A stretch of DNA of 64,000 bases from an uncultured Acidimicrobiia bacterium (lineage in GTDB: Bacteria > Actinomycetota > Acidimicrobiia > Spongiisociales > JAENVV01): positions 42,500-106,499 of the forward strand of contig CAVOQP010000009.1 in assembly GCA_963698385.1 (NCBI GenBank), given 5' to 3'. This document shows positions 1 through 10,006 of this stretch, piece after piece. Under the pieces are notes generated by a model. It worked only from the letters and a program-made list of their open reading frames with translations, did no database searches and was not told the origin of the DNA. The translations under genes and the position numbers were made by a program. The number at the start of each line of letters is the position of its first letter. The first letter of the stretch is position 1.

Positions 1-1834
1 TGTCGATCACCGCCTGGATGCGCTCGTCCGGTTCGAGGGGGAGCACAGCCTGGGCAACGACGCCCTTCCCGGTCCTGGCCTGCACCGGAATCTGATGGGC
101 CTTGATCCGGTGAACCTGGCCCCGGTTGGTGAAGAACAGGAGGTTCTGGTGAGCGGACGTATGGATCATCGCGTCGACGATGTCGTCCTCACGCAATTCG
201 GCTGCGATCACTCCCCGGCCTCCACGGCCCTGCGAGCGGTACACGTTCGACTTCACGGACTTGATGTACCCGTTGGTGGAGACGGTGATGATGAGATCGT
301 CGTCGGCGATGAGGTCCTCGAGGGTCATGTCGCCGTCGTCGGGGATGATGATGCTCCGACGGTCATCGCCGCTCTTCTGACGGATGGCCTCGAGTTCCTC
401 GGCGATGATCGTCCGCCGCAACGCGGGGCTCATGAGAATCCCGTCCAACTCGGCGATGAGGTCCATCAACTCCTGGTACTCCGCACGCAGTTCGCCGGTC
501 TCGAGTGCGGTGAGACGGCGCAGCGGCATGTTGAGAATGTGTTGTGACTGGACTTCCGACAGCCCGAACCGATCCATCAGGCGATTGCGGGCGGTCTCGA
601 CGTCCTGGGACGAGCGGATGATCTGGACCACTTCGTCGATGTTGTCGAGGGCAATGAGAAGGCCTTCGACGATGTGGGCCCTGTCCTTCGCCTTCTGCAG
701 CCGGAACGCAGTGCGCCGCTCGATGACCTCCATCTGGTGGTCGACGTAGTAGCCGATCATCTCGGCGACGTTGAGGGTGCGGGGGATACCGTCGACCAAT
801 GCCACGTTGTTGACGCCGAATGAGTCCTGCAACTGGGTCATCTTGAAGAGTTGGTTGAGGACCACCTGGGGGATGGCATCCCGCTTCAATTCGATGACCA
901 GTCGGGTGCCGGCCCTGGCCGACGACTCGTTGCGCAGGTCGGAGATGCCGGTGATCTTCTTGTCGTTGACAAGCCCTGCGATCTTCTCGAGGACCCGGTC
1001 CTGCGACACCATGTACGGAAGCTCCCGCACCACGATCGCTGTCTTCCCGCGCGGCAGTTCCTCGATGTCGGTCACGGCACGCACCTTCACCGAACCGCGT
1101 CCCGTGAGCAAGGCATCCTGGATCCCCCGGCGTCCGACGATGAGGCCGCCGGTGGGGAAATCGGGACCCTTGATGAAGTCGAGGTAGGCCTCGACCGGGG
1201 CGTCCGGGTTCTCGAGGGCGAACGTCACCGCTTCGATGACTTCGTTGAGGTTGTGGGGAGGCATGTTCGTTGCCATCCCGACCGCGATACCGGTGGACCC
1301 GTTGACGAGGAGGTTCGGGAAGCGACTCGGCAGCACCGACGGCTGCTGGTATTCCCCGTCGTAGTTCGGCTCGAACTCGACCGTGTCCTCGTTGATCCCT
1401 TCGGTCAGGAAGCGAGAAAGCCCCGAGAGACGGCATTCCGTGTACCTCATGGCGGCCGGGGGATCATCCACCGTGCCGAAGTTCCCCTGCGGGTCGATGA
1501 GTTGGTAGCGCGTGTTGAAGTCCTGACCAAGGCGGACGAGGGCGTCGTAGATGGCGTCGTTGGAGTGCGGGTGGTACCGACCCATCACGTTGCCGACCAC
1601 GTTGGCGCACTTGCGGTGGCGGCTCGTGAAGTGCATCCCCTCCTCGAACATCGAATACACGATGCGCCGCTGGACAGGCTTCAGGCCATCCCGCACGTCC
1701 GGCAGGGCGCGCGAGACGATGACCGACATGGCGTAGTCGAGGAACGCCGTGGAGATCTCGTCATTGATGTCGACGGTGGGGATCCCGTTGTCGACGAACT
1801 CGGTTTCTTCGGTGGTGGTGGTGTCGTCACTCAT
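1..1834 (-). CDS. gyrA: DNA gyrase subunit A (3' end runs off the window)
   Basis: Not in ORF track; manual translation from ATG at 1834 gives MSDDTTTTEETEF...FLDYAMSVIVSRALPDVRDGLKPVQRRI...QGNFGTVDDPPAAMRYTECRL (catalytic Tyr); directly downstream of gyrB. Confidence 0.97.
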   Translation of the reverse strand, partial: MSDDTTTTEETEFVDNGIPTVDINDEISTAFLDYAMSVIVSRALPDVRDGLKPVQRRIVYSMFEEGMHFTSRHRKCANVVGNVMGRYHPHSNDAIYDALVRLGQDFNTRYQLIDPQGNFGTVDDPPAAMRYTECRLSGLSRFLTEGINEDTVEFEPNYDGEYQQPSVLPSRFPNLLVNGSTGIAVGMATNMPPHNLNEVIEAVTFALENPDAPVEAYLDFIKGPDFPTGGLIVGRRGIQDALLTGRGSVKVRAVTDIEELPRGKTAIVVRELPYMVSQDRVLEKIAGLVNDKKITGISDLRNESSARAGTRLVIELKRDAIPQVVLNQLFKMTQLQDSFGVNNVALVDGIPRTLNVAEMIGYYVDHQMEVIERRTAFRLQKAKDRAHIVEGLLIALDNIDEVVQIIRSSQDVETARNRLMDRFGLSEVQSQHILNMPLRRLTALETGELRAEYQELMDLIAELDGILMSPALRRTIIAEELEAIRQKSGDDRRSIIIPDDGDMTLEDLIADDDLIITVSTNGYIKSVKSNVYRSQGRGGRGVIAAELREDDIVDAMIHTSAHQNLLFFTNRGQVHRIKAHQIPVQARTGKGVVAQAVLPLEPDERIQAVID

Positions 1835-1837
1835 GAG

Positions 1838-3754
1838 CTAGATGTCGAGGAAGCGAACGTCCTTGGCGTTCTGCTGGATGAACTCCTTGCGGGGGGCAAC
1901 CAGGTCGCCCATGAGAATGGAGAACATCTCGTCGGCAAAGGCCGCATCCTCCACTCGGACTCGGACGAGGCGACGCGTATCGGGGTCGAGGGTCGTCTCT
2001 CGGAGTTCGCTGGCATTCATCTCACCCAGGCCCTTGAACCGGGTCGGGTTGATGTTCTTGCCGGGGTTCTTCGCTCGCAGGTCGTCGAGCGCGCTGTCGT
2101 CGTCGAGGTAGTGGACGTCCTTTCCGAGCCGCACCCGGTAGAGGGGTGGCACGGCGATGTACACGTACCCTGCCTCGATCAGGCCCTTCATGTGCCGGAA
2201 GAGGAGCGTGAGGATGAGGGTCCGGATGTGGGCGCCGTCGACATCGGCGTCGGTGAGGATGACCAACTTGTGATAGCGGGCCTTGGTGATGTCGAACTCC
2301 TCACCGATCCCGGTGCCCATTGCGGTGATGATCGCCAGGACCTCGTTGTTCTGGAGGGCCTTGGCAAGGCGAGCCTTCTCCACGTTGAGGATCTTGCCCC
2401 GGATGGGGAGTACGGCCTGTACCCGCGAGTCCCGGCCCTGCTTGGCGGGACCTGCGGCCGAGTCGCCCTCGACGATGAAGAGTTCACTCTCGTCCGGGTT
2501 CCGCGACGAGCAGTCCGCCAGCTTGCCCGGAAGGCTGGTTGACTCGAGGAGGCTCTTGCGACGGGTGAGTTCACGCGCCTTGCGGGCGGCGAGCCGAGCC
2601 CGCTGGGCCTGCATCGCCTTGTCGACGATGCGACGGGAGTCCGCCGAGTTTCGTTCCAGCCACTCGGGCAACAGCCGGTTGAGCTGCCGCGTGACATAGC
2701 CGCGAATCTCACTGTTCCCCAGCTTGGTCTTGGTCTGGCCCTCGAACTGGGGTTGGCGGACCTTGACCGAGACGATGGCCGTGAGGCCCTCGCGGCAGTC
2801 CTCTCCCGAGAGGTTCTCGTCTTTGTCCTTGATGATCCCCTTGGACCGGCCGAAGTCGTTCATGGCCTTGGTGAGCGCGGTTCGGAATCCCTCCTCATGC
2901 GTTCCGCCTTCATGCGTGTTGATGTTGTTGGCGAACGTGAGGACGTTCTCGTTGTAGGAGTTCGACCACTGCATCGCCACCTCGAGCTCGCCCTCCTCCT
3001 CCGAGGCGTCCTCGAAGTAGATGATGCGAGCGTGGGTGGGTTCCCGCTTCTCGTTCAGGTGCCGCACGAAGTCGATGACGCCCTGGGAGTACTTGAACAC
3101 CGTCTCGTCGTCCTCGTCGTCCCGCTCGTCGCGCAGGATGATCTCAAGGCCCTTGTTGAGGAACGCCATCTCCCGGAGTCGTGTCGCCACGATGCGGTGC
3201 TCGAAGACCATCGTCTCGGTGAACGTGTCGGGGGAGGGCCAGAAGCGAATCGTCGTGCCCGAACGCTTCGCATCCTTGACCTTCTTCAGCTTCCCCGGGA
3301 CACCATGCTCGAAGATCTGCTCCCATTGCCCACCATCCCGGGTGACCACCGCCTCGAGTCGACGCGAAAGGGCGTTCACCACCGAGACCCCGACCCCGTG
3401 CAAGCCACCGGAAACCGTGTAGGCACCCGCTTCGAACTTGCCGCCTGCGTGGAGGGTGGTGAGCACCGTCTCCAGGGTCGAGAGCCCGGTCTTTGGATGT
3501 TTCTCCACCGGGATGCCACGGCCGTTGTCGATCACTTCGACCCCACCGTCGGCGCGCAGGGTCACGATGATCCTCGTGCAGAACCCGGCCATCGCCTCGT
3601 CGATCGCATTGTCCACGACCTCCCAGATCAGGTGGTGGAGACCGCGGGGCCCGGTCGTTCCGATGTACATGCCCGGTCGCTTGCGTACCGGGTCGAGGCC
3701 TTCGAGAACGGTGATGTCGGAGGCGCCGTAGCTTCCGTTGCCTTTTGTCGTCAC
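1838..3754 (-). CDS. gyrB: DNA gyrase subunit B
   Basis: [64 protein letters not shown]. Start moved to GTG 3754, preceded by an AGAAGGA RBS. Confidence 0.97.
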   Translation of the reverse strand: MTTKGNGSYGASDITVLEGLDPVRKRPGMYIGTTGPRGLHHLIWEVVDNAIDEAMAGFCTRIIVTLRADGGVEVIDNGRGIPVEKHPKTGLSTLETVLTTLHAGGKFEAGAYTVSGGLHGVGVSVVNALSRRLEAVVTRDGGQWEQIFEHGVPGKLKKVKDAKRSGTTIRFWPSPDTFTETMVFEHRIVATRLREMAFLNKGLEIILRDERDDEDDETVFKYSQGVIDFVRHLNEKREPTHARIIYFEDASEEEGELEVAMQWSNSYNENVLTFANNINTHEGGTHEEGFRTALTKAMNDFGRSKGIIKDKDENLSGEDCREGLTAIVSVKVRQPQFEGQTKTKLGNSEIRGYVTRQLNRLLPEWLERNSADSRRIVDKAMQAQRARLAARKARELTRRKSLLESTSLPGKLADCSSRNPDESELFIVEGDSAAGPAKQGRDSRVQAVLPIRGKILNVEKARLAKALQNNEVLAIITAMGTGIGEEFDITKARYHKLVILTDADVDGAHIRTLILTLLFRHMKGLIEAGYVYIAVPPLYRVRLGKDVHYLDDDSALDDLRAKNPGKNINPTRFKGLGEMNASELRETTLDPDTRRLVRVRVEDAAFADEMFSILMGDLVAPRKEFIQQNAKDVRFLDI

Positions 3755-4114
3755 AGGATTCCTTCTGGTTGCAGGGTCAGAGCTCCGCCCCGAGGGGCAC
3801 GCGTGTGCCGGCACGAGACAAACGAGCAGGCGGCTCGATCGCTCACGCCAGCCGCCCGGAGGACGCTCTGGACCGGGTCCTCCCGGACCCAATTCACATG
3901 CATGTGATTCTACCGGAACCAAGGAGACAAGAGAAGCTCTCCGGGCGTCAGATACGGCTTATTCATGGGGTATTTCGAGATTCCTCGGGGGAATCGTCGC
4001 GATCTCGACCATATCGGTTGCCACTGACGTTTTCTTGGTTGGGAAGTTGCCGGGAAGCCTTCGGGTCGAATCGCCAAACCAGCCGAATCGCCGTACCCTC
4101 CACCGCCGATCGGC

Positions 4115-4729
4115 ATGACACGAGCGCACCAACACCTCATTGCCCTCGACATGGAGGGGGTCATCACCCCTGAGATCTGGATCTCCCTCGCCGAGCACAC
4201 CGGGATCGAGTCCTTGCGTCGGACCACCCGGGACGAACCCGACTACGACGCACTCATGGCGACCCGCATCGCCACCCTCGACCAGCACGACATCACCTTC
4301 TCCGACATGCTCGGCGTCGTGGAACGACTCGACCCCCTTCCCGGGGCCGTCGACTTCCTCGATCACCTCCGCTCGCGCCATCCCGTCGTTGTCGTCTCGG
4401 ACACCTTCGAGCAACTCGCAGCTCCCCTCATCCGCAGGCTCGGGTCGCCCCTCGTCGTGTGTCATCGTCTCGTTGTCGAGGATGACCGAATCGTCGGGAC
4501 CGCTGTCCGCGTCGACCGGAGCAAGCAACGCACCGTGGAGGCGTTCGCCGACTTGCAGTACACGGTCCTGGCGTTGGGGGACTCGTACAACGACCTGGCC
4601 ATGCTCCGGGCGGCCCACCACGGACTCCTCTTCAGGGCACCACCCGCGATCGCGGCAGCCGAACCGGATCTCCCATGGGCCGAGACCTACGCCGAGGCCG
4701 CTGCCTGGATCAGCGCCCTGACATCCTGA
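4115..4729 (+). CDS. thrH: ThrH-like HAD phosphoserine phosphatase / phosphoserine:homoserine phosphotransferase
   Basis: LDMEGVITPEIW, TTRDEPDYDALM, VSDTF and GDSYNDLAML match the Pseudomonas ThrH pattern. Confidence 0.85.
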   Translation: MTRAHQHLIALDMEGVITPEIWISLAEHTGIESLRRTTRDEPDYDALMATRIATLDQHDITFSDMLGVVERLDPLPGAVDFLDHLRSRHPVVVVSDTFEQLAAPLIRRLGSPLVVCHRLVVEDDRIVGTAVRVDRSKQRTVEAFADLQYTVLALGDSYNDLAMLRAAHHGLLFRAPPAIAAAEPDLPWAETYAEAAAWISALTS

Positions 4730-4803
4730 GTGCGTCCTGGGCTCGCCTGAGAGCGCAATACCGAGTCACACGACCCCGACACACAACACGGTGGCGGGGA
4801 CCT

Positions 4804-5121
4804 TCAGCGTGGACCCCCCGCCGGCGGGGGAATCACCTTCACCCGGTCGACCTGGCCCTCCCCGATCCTCTCCTCTACGGCCCGCACGAGGCCCCCTGTC
4901 GCGTACCGCAGCATCGAGACCATGCCCGGGTCGAACGCCTCCACCGCCAACTCGCCCCCTTTGATGCCCATCGGGCGAGATGCCCCCGCCCACGGCCGTC
5001 CCGCTATCTCATCCCAGTTCTCCTGGAGATCCATCAACACTCGCACATCACCCATGCCCAGGCGACGAAGCATCCGGGCCACACCACCGGAGATGTCGGC
5101 CATGTCGCCTCGGTCCTTCAT
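4804..5121 (-). CDS. DUF721 / DciA-family protein
   Basis: 105 aa, coupled to the recF stop; WDEIAGRPWAGASRP...GGELAVEA pattern; canonical position downstream of recF in actinobacteria. Confidence 0.8.
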   Translation of the reverse strand: MKDRGDMADISGGVARMLRRLGMGDVRVLMDLQENWDEIAGRPWAGASRPMGIKGGELAVEAFDPGMVSMLRYATGGLVRAVEERIGEGQVDRVKVIPPPAGGPR

Positions 5122-6215
5122 CGCAGCTCACCCGGGGTCACCATCCACCGGCGGCCCTCGACCGGGACCTCCTCGTCGCGGGCCGTGGTGATGAAGGTCT
5201 GGCCGGCCGGGAGCGCAGTGGCGAGCGCTCGGGCCCGGTCCATGTCGAGTTCACTGAAGACATCGTCCAACAGCATCAACGGAGGATGGCCGACCCGGCT
5301 CGTGATCGCCACCTGCTGAGCAAGGCGCAGGGCAAGCACCAGCGAGCGCTGCTCGCCCTGCGAGGCCCGCACCCGGGTGTCGCGGCCATCGATCCTCAGC
5401 ACCGGGTCGTCCCGATGGGGGCCCACCGTCGTCACACGACGCTCCATGTCGGTCCGCCTCGCCGAGTCCAGGGCCTCCCACAACCGGGCCTCCCACTCCG
5501 CGACACCTCCCGCATCATCGAGGTTCGCACCCCACGTACTCTGGTAGTCGAAGGCGATCCTCACGTCCTTTCCCGCCAGGGCCCGGTACGCCTCCCTGGC
5601 CGGCCCGAGGAGCTCCGCCGCCGTCTCGGCCCTGCGAGCCATGACGATCGCCCCATGCTTGGCCACCCGCTGGTCCCACACCTCGAGCGTCGGCCTGTCG
5701 GCGTCGCGTCCCATCCGCCTGAGAAGGGCATTGCGTTGTCGGAGGGCCCGCTCGAAGTCGGCCTGGTCCTGGTGGGCGATGGGCCAGAGTTGCGATGCAG
5801 CCTCATCGATGAACTCGCGGCGATAGGACGGTGACCGCTTGGCGATATCGAGGTCATCGGGCTGGAATACCACCGCTCGCACATGTTCCAGGAGGTCCGC
5901 CACCCGCGAGAGGGAGACCCGGTTGACCTGGACTCGACGGCGACGCTCCCGTGGTACCTCCATCTCGATGAGCGACATACCCCCCGGGCGACGTAGTTCG
6001 CCCCGAATGACCGCCGCATCGGCCCCGTCCATGATGAGGTCCGGATCAGCGACCCGGCGGAAGGAGCGCATACGAGCGAGGTAGCCGATCCCTTCGAGGA
6101 GATTCGTCTTGCCCACGGCATTGGCGCCCACGAAGACGTTGATACCGACATCGGGTTCGAATCGCAGGCCGGGATAGGACCTGAAGCCCGAGAGCTCCAA
6201 CCAGTTCAACTGCAC
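5118..6215 (-). CDS. recF: DNA replication and repair protein RecF
   Basis: FRSY, GANAVGKTNLLE, ASQGEQRSLVLALRLA, LLDDVFSELD. Confidence 0.96.
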   Translation of the reverse strand: MQLNWLELSGFRSYPGLRFEPDVGINVFVGANAVGKTNLLEGIGYLARMRSFRRVADPDLIMDGADAAVIRGELRRPGGMSLIEMEVPRERRRRVQVNRVSLSRVADLLEHVRAVVFQPDDLDIAKRSPSYRREFIDEAASQLWPIAHQDQADFERALRQRNALLRRMGRDADRPTLEVWDQRVAKHGAIVMARRAETAAELLGPAREAYRALAGKDVRIAFDYQSTWGANLDDAGGVAEWEARLWEALDSARRTDMERRVTTVGPHRDDPVLRIDGRDTRVRASQGEQRSLVLALRLAQQVAITSRVGHPPLMLLDDVFSELDMDRARALATALPAGQTFITTARDEEVPVEGRRWMVTPGELR

Positions 6216-6256
6216 GCAGCGCCTCCAGGGGGAGCGTCAGCCGCTCGTCGTCCGCC

Positions 6257-7342
6257 TCAGATTCGAATGGGCATCAAGAGATAGAGGAAGTCATCCGTCT
6301 CGACGCCGCGGATCACGCTCGGTTTCTGGCCGTCCCTGACCTGGATCTCGACCTGGTCCGACTGGATCACCGCCACCCCATCACCCAGGTACCTGGGATT
6401 GAACGCTATCAACACCGACTCGTCCTCTCCCGAGTAGGTACCCGGGACCTGCTCCACCTCGCCACCGACGTCCTGGCGGGTCACCGTCACTTCCATTCCA
6501 CCTTCACCGAGGTTCAGACGAACCGGAATATGGTCCTCGGCCACGAGGGAGGCACGGCCGAGCGCCTCCATCAGCGCCGACTTCTCCACGACGAGGCGAT
6601 TGGGGTATTGGTCAGGCAGCAGGCGTCGGTAGTCGGGGAAGGCGCCCTCGATCAGGCGGACCGTCACGCTCCCCCGCTCGGAGACGAAGGAGGCCTCACG
6701 GTCCCCGATGGCCACTTGGACCGTCGTGCTCCCGATTGCCGGCGGAATCTCCTTCAGGGCCCTGGCCGGGATCAACGCTCCCTTGGGCACATGGACACCC
6801 GCCAGGGTCCGCACCGCCAACCGATACGAGTCCGTGGCCACCATGCGCAGCCCAGTGTCGGAATCCTCGAGTTGTACGCCTGTGAGAACGGGCCGAGCAG
6901 AGTCGAGGGAGGCAGCCACCGTCACTTGCTTGATGGCGTCGGCCAGCGCTCCACCGTTGACCTCGACCGCTCCGGACAGGTCTGGTGACGGCACATCCGG
7001 GAACTCGTCGACCGGGAGTTCGCGAATCGCAAAGCGAGGTCCGCGCCCGGTGATCTCGAGTTCCTGGCCGTCTGATCGGAGCGAGACGACTCCGCTCGGC
7101 ATCTTACGAATGGCCTCGGTGACGAGCTTCGCGGGAACGACGAACGCCCCCTCCTCCATCACCTCGACGATGCACGCAGTCCGGATCGTTGTGTCGAGGT
7201 CTGTTCCCGTGACTTCGAGGTTCGACCCGCTCACCCGGCACAGCACTCCGGACAGGATCGGGAGTGCTGCCCTCGAACCAACCGCTCGGCTGGCACGGGA
7301 AAAGGCATCGGCGAGATCGTCTCTGTCTGCTCGGATATGCAC
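6257..7342 (-). CDS. dnaN: DNA polymerase III beta sliding clamp
   Basis: PILSGVL, TDLDTTI, RPVLTGV, VATDSYRLA, FNPRYL, LLMPIR; lies between dnaA and recF. Confidence 0.96.
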   Translation of the reverse strand: MHIRADRDDLADAFSRASRAVGSRAALPILSGVLCRVSGSNLEVTGTDLDTTIRTACIVEVMEEGAFVVPAKLVTEAIRKMPSGVVSLRSDGQELEITGRGPRFAIRELPVDEFPDVPSPDLSGAVEVNGGALADAIKQVTVAASLDSARPVLTGVQLEDSDTGLRMVATDSYRLAVRTLAGVHVPKGALIPARALKEIPPAIGSTTVQVAIGDREASFVSERGSVTVRLIEGAFPDYRRLLPDQYPNRLVVEKSALMEALGRASLVAEDHIPVRLNLGEGGMEVTVTRQDVGGEVEQVPGTYSGEDESVLIAFNPRYLGDGVAVIQSDQVEIQVRDGQKPSVIRGVETDDFLYLLMPIRI

Positions 7343-7519
7343 AGTGATTCGGGTCCTTCTGAATGAACTACTTGATTTGAATCAAACTAGTAGGGAGTAG
7401 TAGGGGCTGTGGATTGTTGACTTGTCGGGTATTCCCTTGTGGTTGTTGGCTGTTCGCGTCCACTGGTTCGTGTGGACAACGGAGCGGTTGTCAGGAGCCG
7501 AGTAGCGGGCTGTGGACTG
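7343..7519. other. oriC core (dnaA-dnaN intergenic): AT-rich unwinding element, DnaA-trio-like TAG repeats, DnaA boxes
   Basis: AT-rich 7361-7400; TAG repeats 7388-7403; boxes TGTGGATTG 7408-7416, TGTGGACAA 7471-7479, TGTGGACTG 7511-7519. Confidence 0.85.
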
Positions 7520-8869
7520 TCAGGGGGTTTTCCTCAGCCGTTGGGACAACTCGTTGACTTTCCCGAAGACCGTATGGTCGGTCTGGAGGAGGGTCTTCAC
7601 CCGGTCGATGCCGTGTACCACGGTGCTGTGATCGCGGCTGAAATGACGACCGATCTGTACCAGGGAGTCGTCGGTGAACTCCCGGCAGAGGTACATGGCG
7701 ATCTGGCGGGCCGTGGCGAGTGGCTGCTGGCGGCCGGGGGACGTCATGTCATCGGGATGGAACCCGAACCCCTCCGCCACCGCGGCGATGATGCTCGGGC
7801 CGTCGAGGATGCGGTTCCGGGACGAGATGTCCTCGAGCAACTCCTGCGCCCGGGGGAGGCTGACCTGCCGATTGTTGAGCCGCGCATCAGCCGTCACCCT
7901 GGTCAAGGCCCCTTCCAACTCCCGGATGTTCTCCGAGACCTGGGATGCGATGAAGTGCAGCACATCACCGGGGACTGCGACGGGAGCCTGGCGGGCGTTC
8001 TTCTCGAGGATGGCAATGCGGGTCTCGACGTCGGGAGCCTGGATGTCGGTGAGGAGTCCCCACTCGAACCTGCTCCGAAGGCGGTCCTCGAGCGTTGCGA
8101 GGTTGCGCGGATGGCGGTCCGAACTGATCACCATCTGCTTGCCGGCCTCGTAGAGGGTGTTGAACGTGTGGAAGAACTCCTCGAGGATGTTCTCCTTCCC
8201 CTCGAGGAACTGCACGTCGTCGAGCAGGAGCACGTCGATGGTCCGGTACTTGGCTTTGAAGCCGTCGACCCTTCGTTCCCGGATGGCGTCGATGAAGTCG
8301 TTGAGGAAGTTCTCGGAAGTCACGTAGCGGACGACGCGTCGTCGGTCGAGTTCGTGGGCGAGGTGGCCGACAGCATGCAACAAGTGGGTCTTGCCGAGTC
8401 CGGCACCACCATGGATGAACAAGGGGTTGTAGTGCTCGCCCGGCTGCTCGGCGACCGCTTGGGCAGCGGCGTGCGCGAATCGGTTGGAGGCCCCGACGAC
8501 GAAGTTCTCGAACGTGTAGCGCGACATGAGGGAGGGGGAGGCGGAACGATCACGGGCCGGGGTCGGGGCTGGCTGTACGGCGACGGGTGAGGGTTCCGGG
8601 AGGTCGAGTTGAGGCCTCTCCGTCGTCTCGATCTCGATGGCGCGGTCCCCGTAGACCCGGGTAGCGGCCTCCTCGATGAGGGGGAGATAGCGATCGAGAA
8701 GGCGACGAGTGTGGAGGTCACTCGTGGTGAGGAGGTGGAGGTGCTCATCGGCTTCCCGGTATTCGAGGGTCTCGAACCAACGCTCCCAGGCGCCATCCGG
8801 CAAGGACTGACGGAGCGTCCGCCGGAAACTCTCCCAGTTGCTGACGCGTGTCTCCTGGGCTGTTGTCAC
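7520..8869 (-). CDS. dnaA: Chromosomal replication initiator DnaA
   Basis: [53 protein letters not shown]. Start moved to GTG 8869 with a GGAGG RBS. Confidence 0.97.
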   Translation of the reverse strand: MTTAQETRVSNWESFRRTLRQSLPDGAWERWFETLEYREADEHLHLLTTSDLHTRRLLDRYLPLIEEAATRVYGDRAIEIETTERPQLDLPEPSPVAVQPAPTPARDRSASPSLMSRYTFENFVVGASNRFAHAAAQAVAEQPGEHYNPLFIHGGAGLGKTHLLHAVGHLAHELDRRRVVRYVTSENFLNDFIDAIRERRVDGFKAKYRTIDVLLLDDVQFLEGKENILEEFFHTFNTLYEAGKQMVISSDRHPRNLATLEDRLRSRFEWGLLTDIQAPDVETRIAILEKNARQAPVAVPGDVLHFIASQVSENIRELEGALTRVTADARLNNRQVSLPRAQELLEDISSRNRILDGPSIIAAVAEGFGFHPDDMTSPGRQQPLATARQIAMYLCREFTDDSLVQIGRHFSRDHSTVVHGIDRVKTLLQTDHTVFGKVNELSQRLRKTP

Positions 8870-8890
8870 TCTTCCTCCATCCAATTCCGT

Positions 8891-8922
8891 TTGTCCACAG
8901 GGATCTCCACAAATGTGGATAA
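8891..8922. promoter_or_regulatory. DnaA-box cluster upstream of dnaA
   Basis: TTGTCCACA 8891-8899, ATCTCCACA 8903-8911, perfect TGTGGATAA 8914-8922. Confidence 0.85.
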
Positions 8923-9283
8923 AGCCGCGCTTCATGCGCAGTACCTACCGTGGGAGGCCAAACCGGGGGAAGTGGCCGGGGGCGAGTATATGGGTTCGCC
9001 CAGACCGCACAAGATCGGGAAAATCGGCCCGCTTGGCCGGCGGTCGAGTCGGTTCCTGCCGGTCAGGGCCTACTTCGAGCTCCGGCGGGGACCGTGTGCA
9101 GGCCGGATCACGGTGGAAGGGACTTTTCGCGCGAGACAATGGGGTTTTCGCGAAATGAGGCCCGGGAGCCTGTCAACGGCGGTGGGCTTTGCAGAAGAAG
9201 CCAACCCACCGTATCCTCTCCATCGGTTCGGCCGCGCGGGCCGACTTCTCCGTGCCTTTTTCACCTCCCCGAGGAACATCATC

Positions 9284-9418
9284 ATGAAGCGCACCTACCA
9301 ACCCAACAATCGCCGCAGAAAGCGGAAGATGGGCTTTCGGGCCCGGCAGCGAACCCGCGCCGGCCGCACCCTGATGAAGCGCCGTCGGCTCAAGGGCCGC
9401 GAGCGCATCAGCGCCTAG
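9284..9418 (+). CDS. rpmH: 50S ribosomal protein L34
   Basis: [28 protein letters not shown]. Confidence 0.97.
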   Translation: MKRTYQPNNRRRKRKMGFRARQRTRAGRTLMKRRRLKGRERISA

Positions 9419-9456
9419 GTGCCCGGTGGGCGCGTGATGCCCACCTCTCCTGTTCC

Positions 9457-9771
9457 GTGCAAAGCCTGACGACCCGCAAGGATTTCGATGCCCTCTTCGC
9501 GACTGGTGACCGTCGTCGCTCCGGCGACCTCACGATCCTGCGCGTCGCCACTGGCGGAGACGGCATGACGAAGGTCGCCGTGGTCGCCGGCAAGCGGGTC
9601 GGGAATGCGGTCGCCCGCAACCGGGCGAAACGGCGGATTCGTGAGGGGTTGCGCCAGGTCGACCTCCCCACTGGTGAGCACATTGCCGTCATTGCCGGCC
9701 CCTCCGTGCCGGGCGTTCCCTTCGACACCATCCTCTCCTGGCTGCGAGGGGGCCTCCGTGCTCGTGCTTGA
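9457..9771 (+). CDS. rnpA: Ribonuclease P protein component
   Basis: [18 protein letters not shown] (RNR motif); follows rpmH; start approximate. Confidence 0.92.
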   Translation: MQSLTTRKDFDALFATGDRRRSGDLTILRVATGGDGMTKVAVVAGKRVGNAVARNRAKRRIREGLRQVDLPTGEHIAVIAGPSVPGVPFDTILSWLRGGLRARA

Positions 9772-10006
9772 GGCCACGCCGTCGCTGCTCGCCAGGCTGG
9801 CCGCGAGCGCCATCAGGGGCTATCAACGGCTCCTCTCCCCAGCGATGGGAAAGAACTGCAGGTTCCAGCCGACCTGCTCTGCCTACACACTCGAAGCGGT
9901 CACGGTCCACGGGTTCTTCCGCGGGTCATGGCTGGGAATCCGGCGCCTCGGAAGGTGCCAACCGTTCCACGAGGGTGGCTATGACCCCGTCCCGGAGAAG
10001 CGATGA
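9758..10006 (+). CDS. yidD: Membrane protein insertion efficiency factor YidD
   Basis: [31 protein letters not shown]. Confidence 0.95.
   Translation: MLVLEATPSLLARLAASAIRGYQRLLSPAMGKNCRFQPTCSAYTLEAVTVHGFFRGSWLGIRRLGRCQPFHEGGYDPVPEKR

Noticed and set aside
95-3907. Long + strand ORFs (851-2542, 2753-3907) and similar antisense ORFs elsewhere (7439-8590, 44075-45697, 49900-52113)
   Set aside because: Shadow frames of real high-GC genes on the opposite strand; no recognisable motifs.
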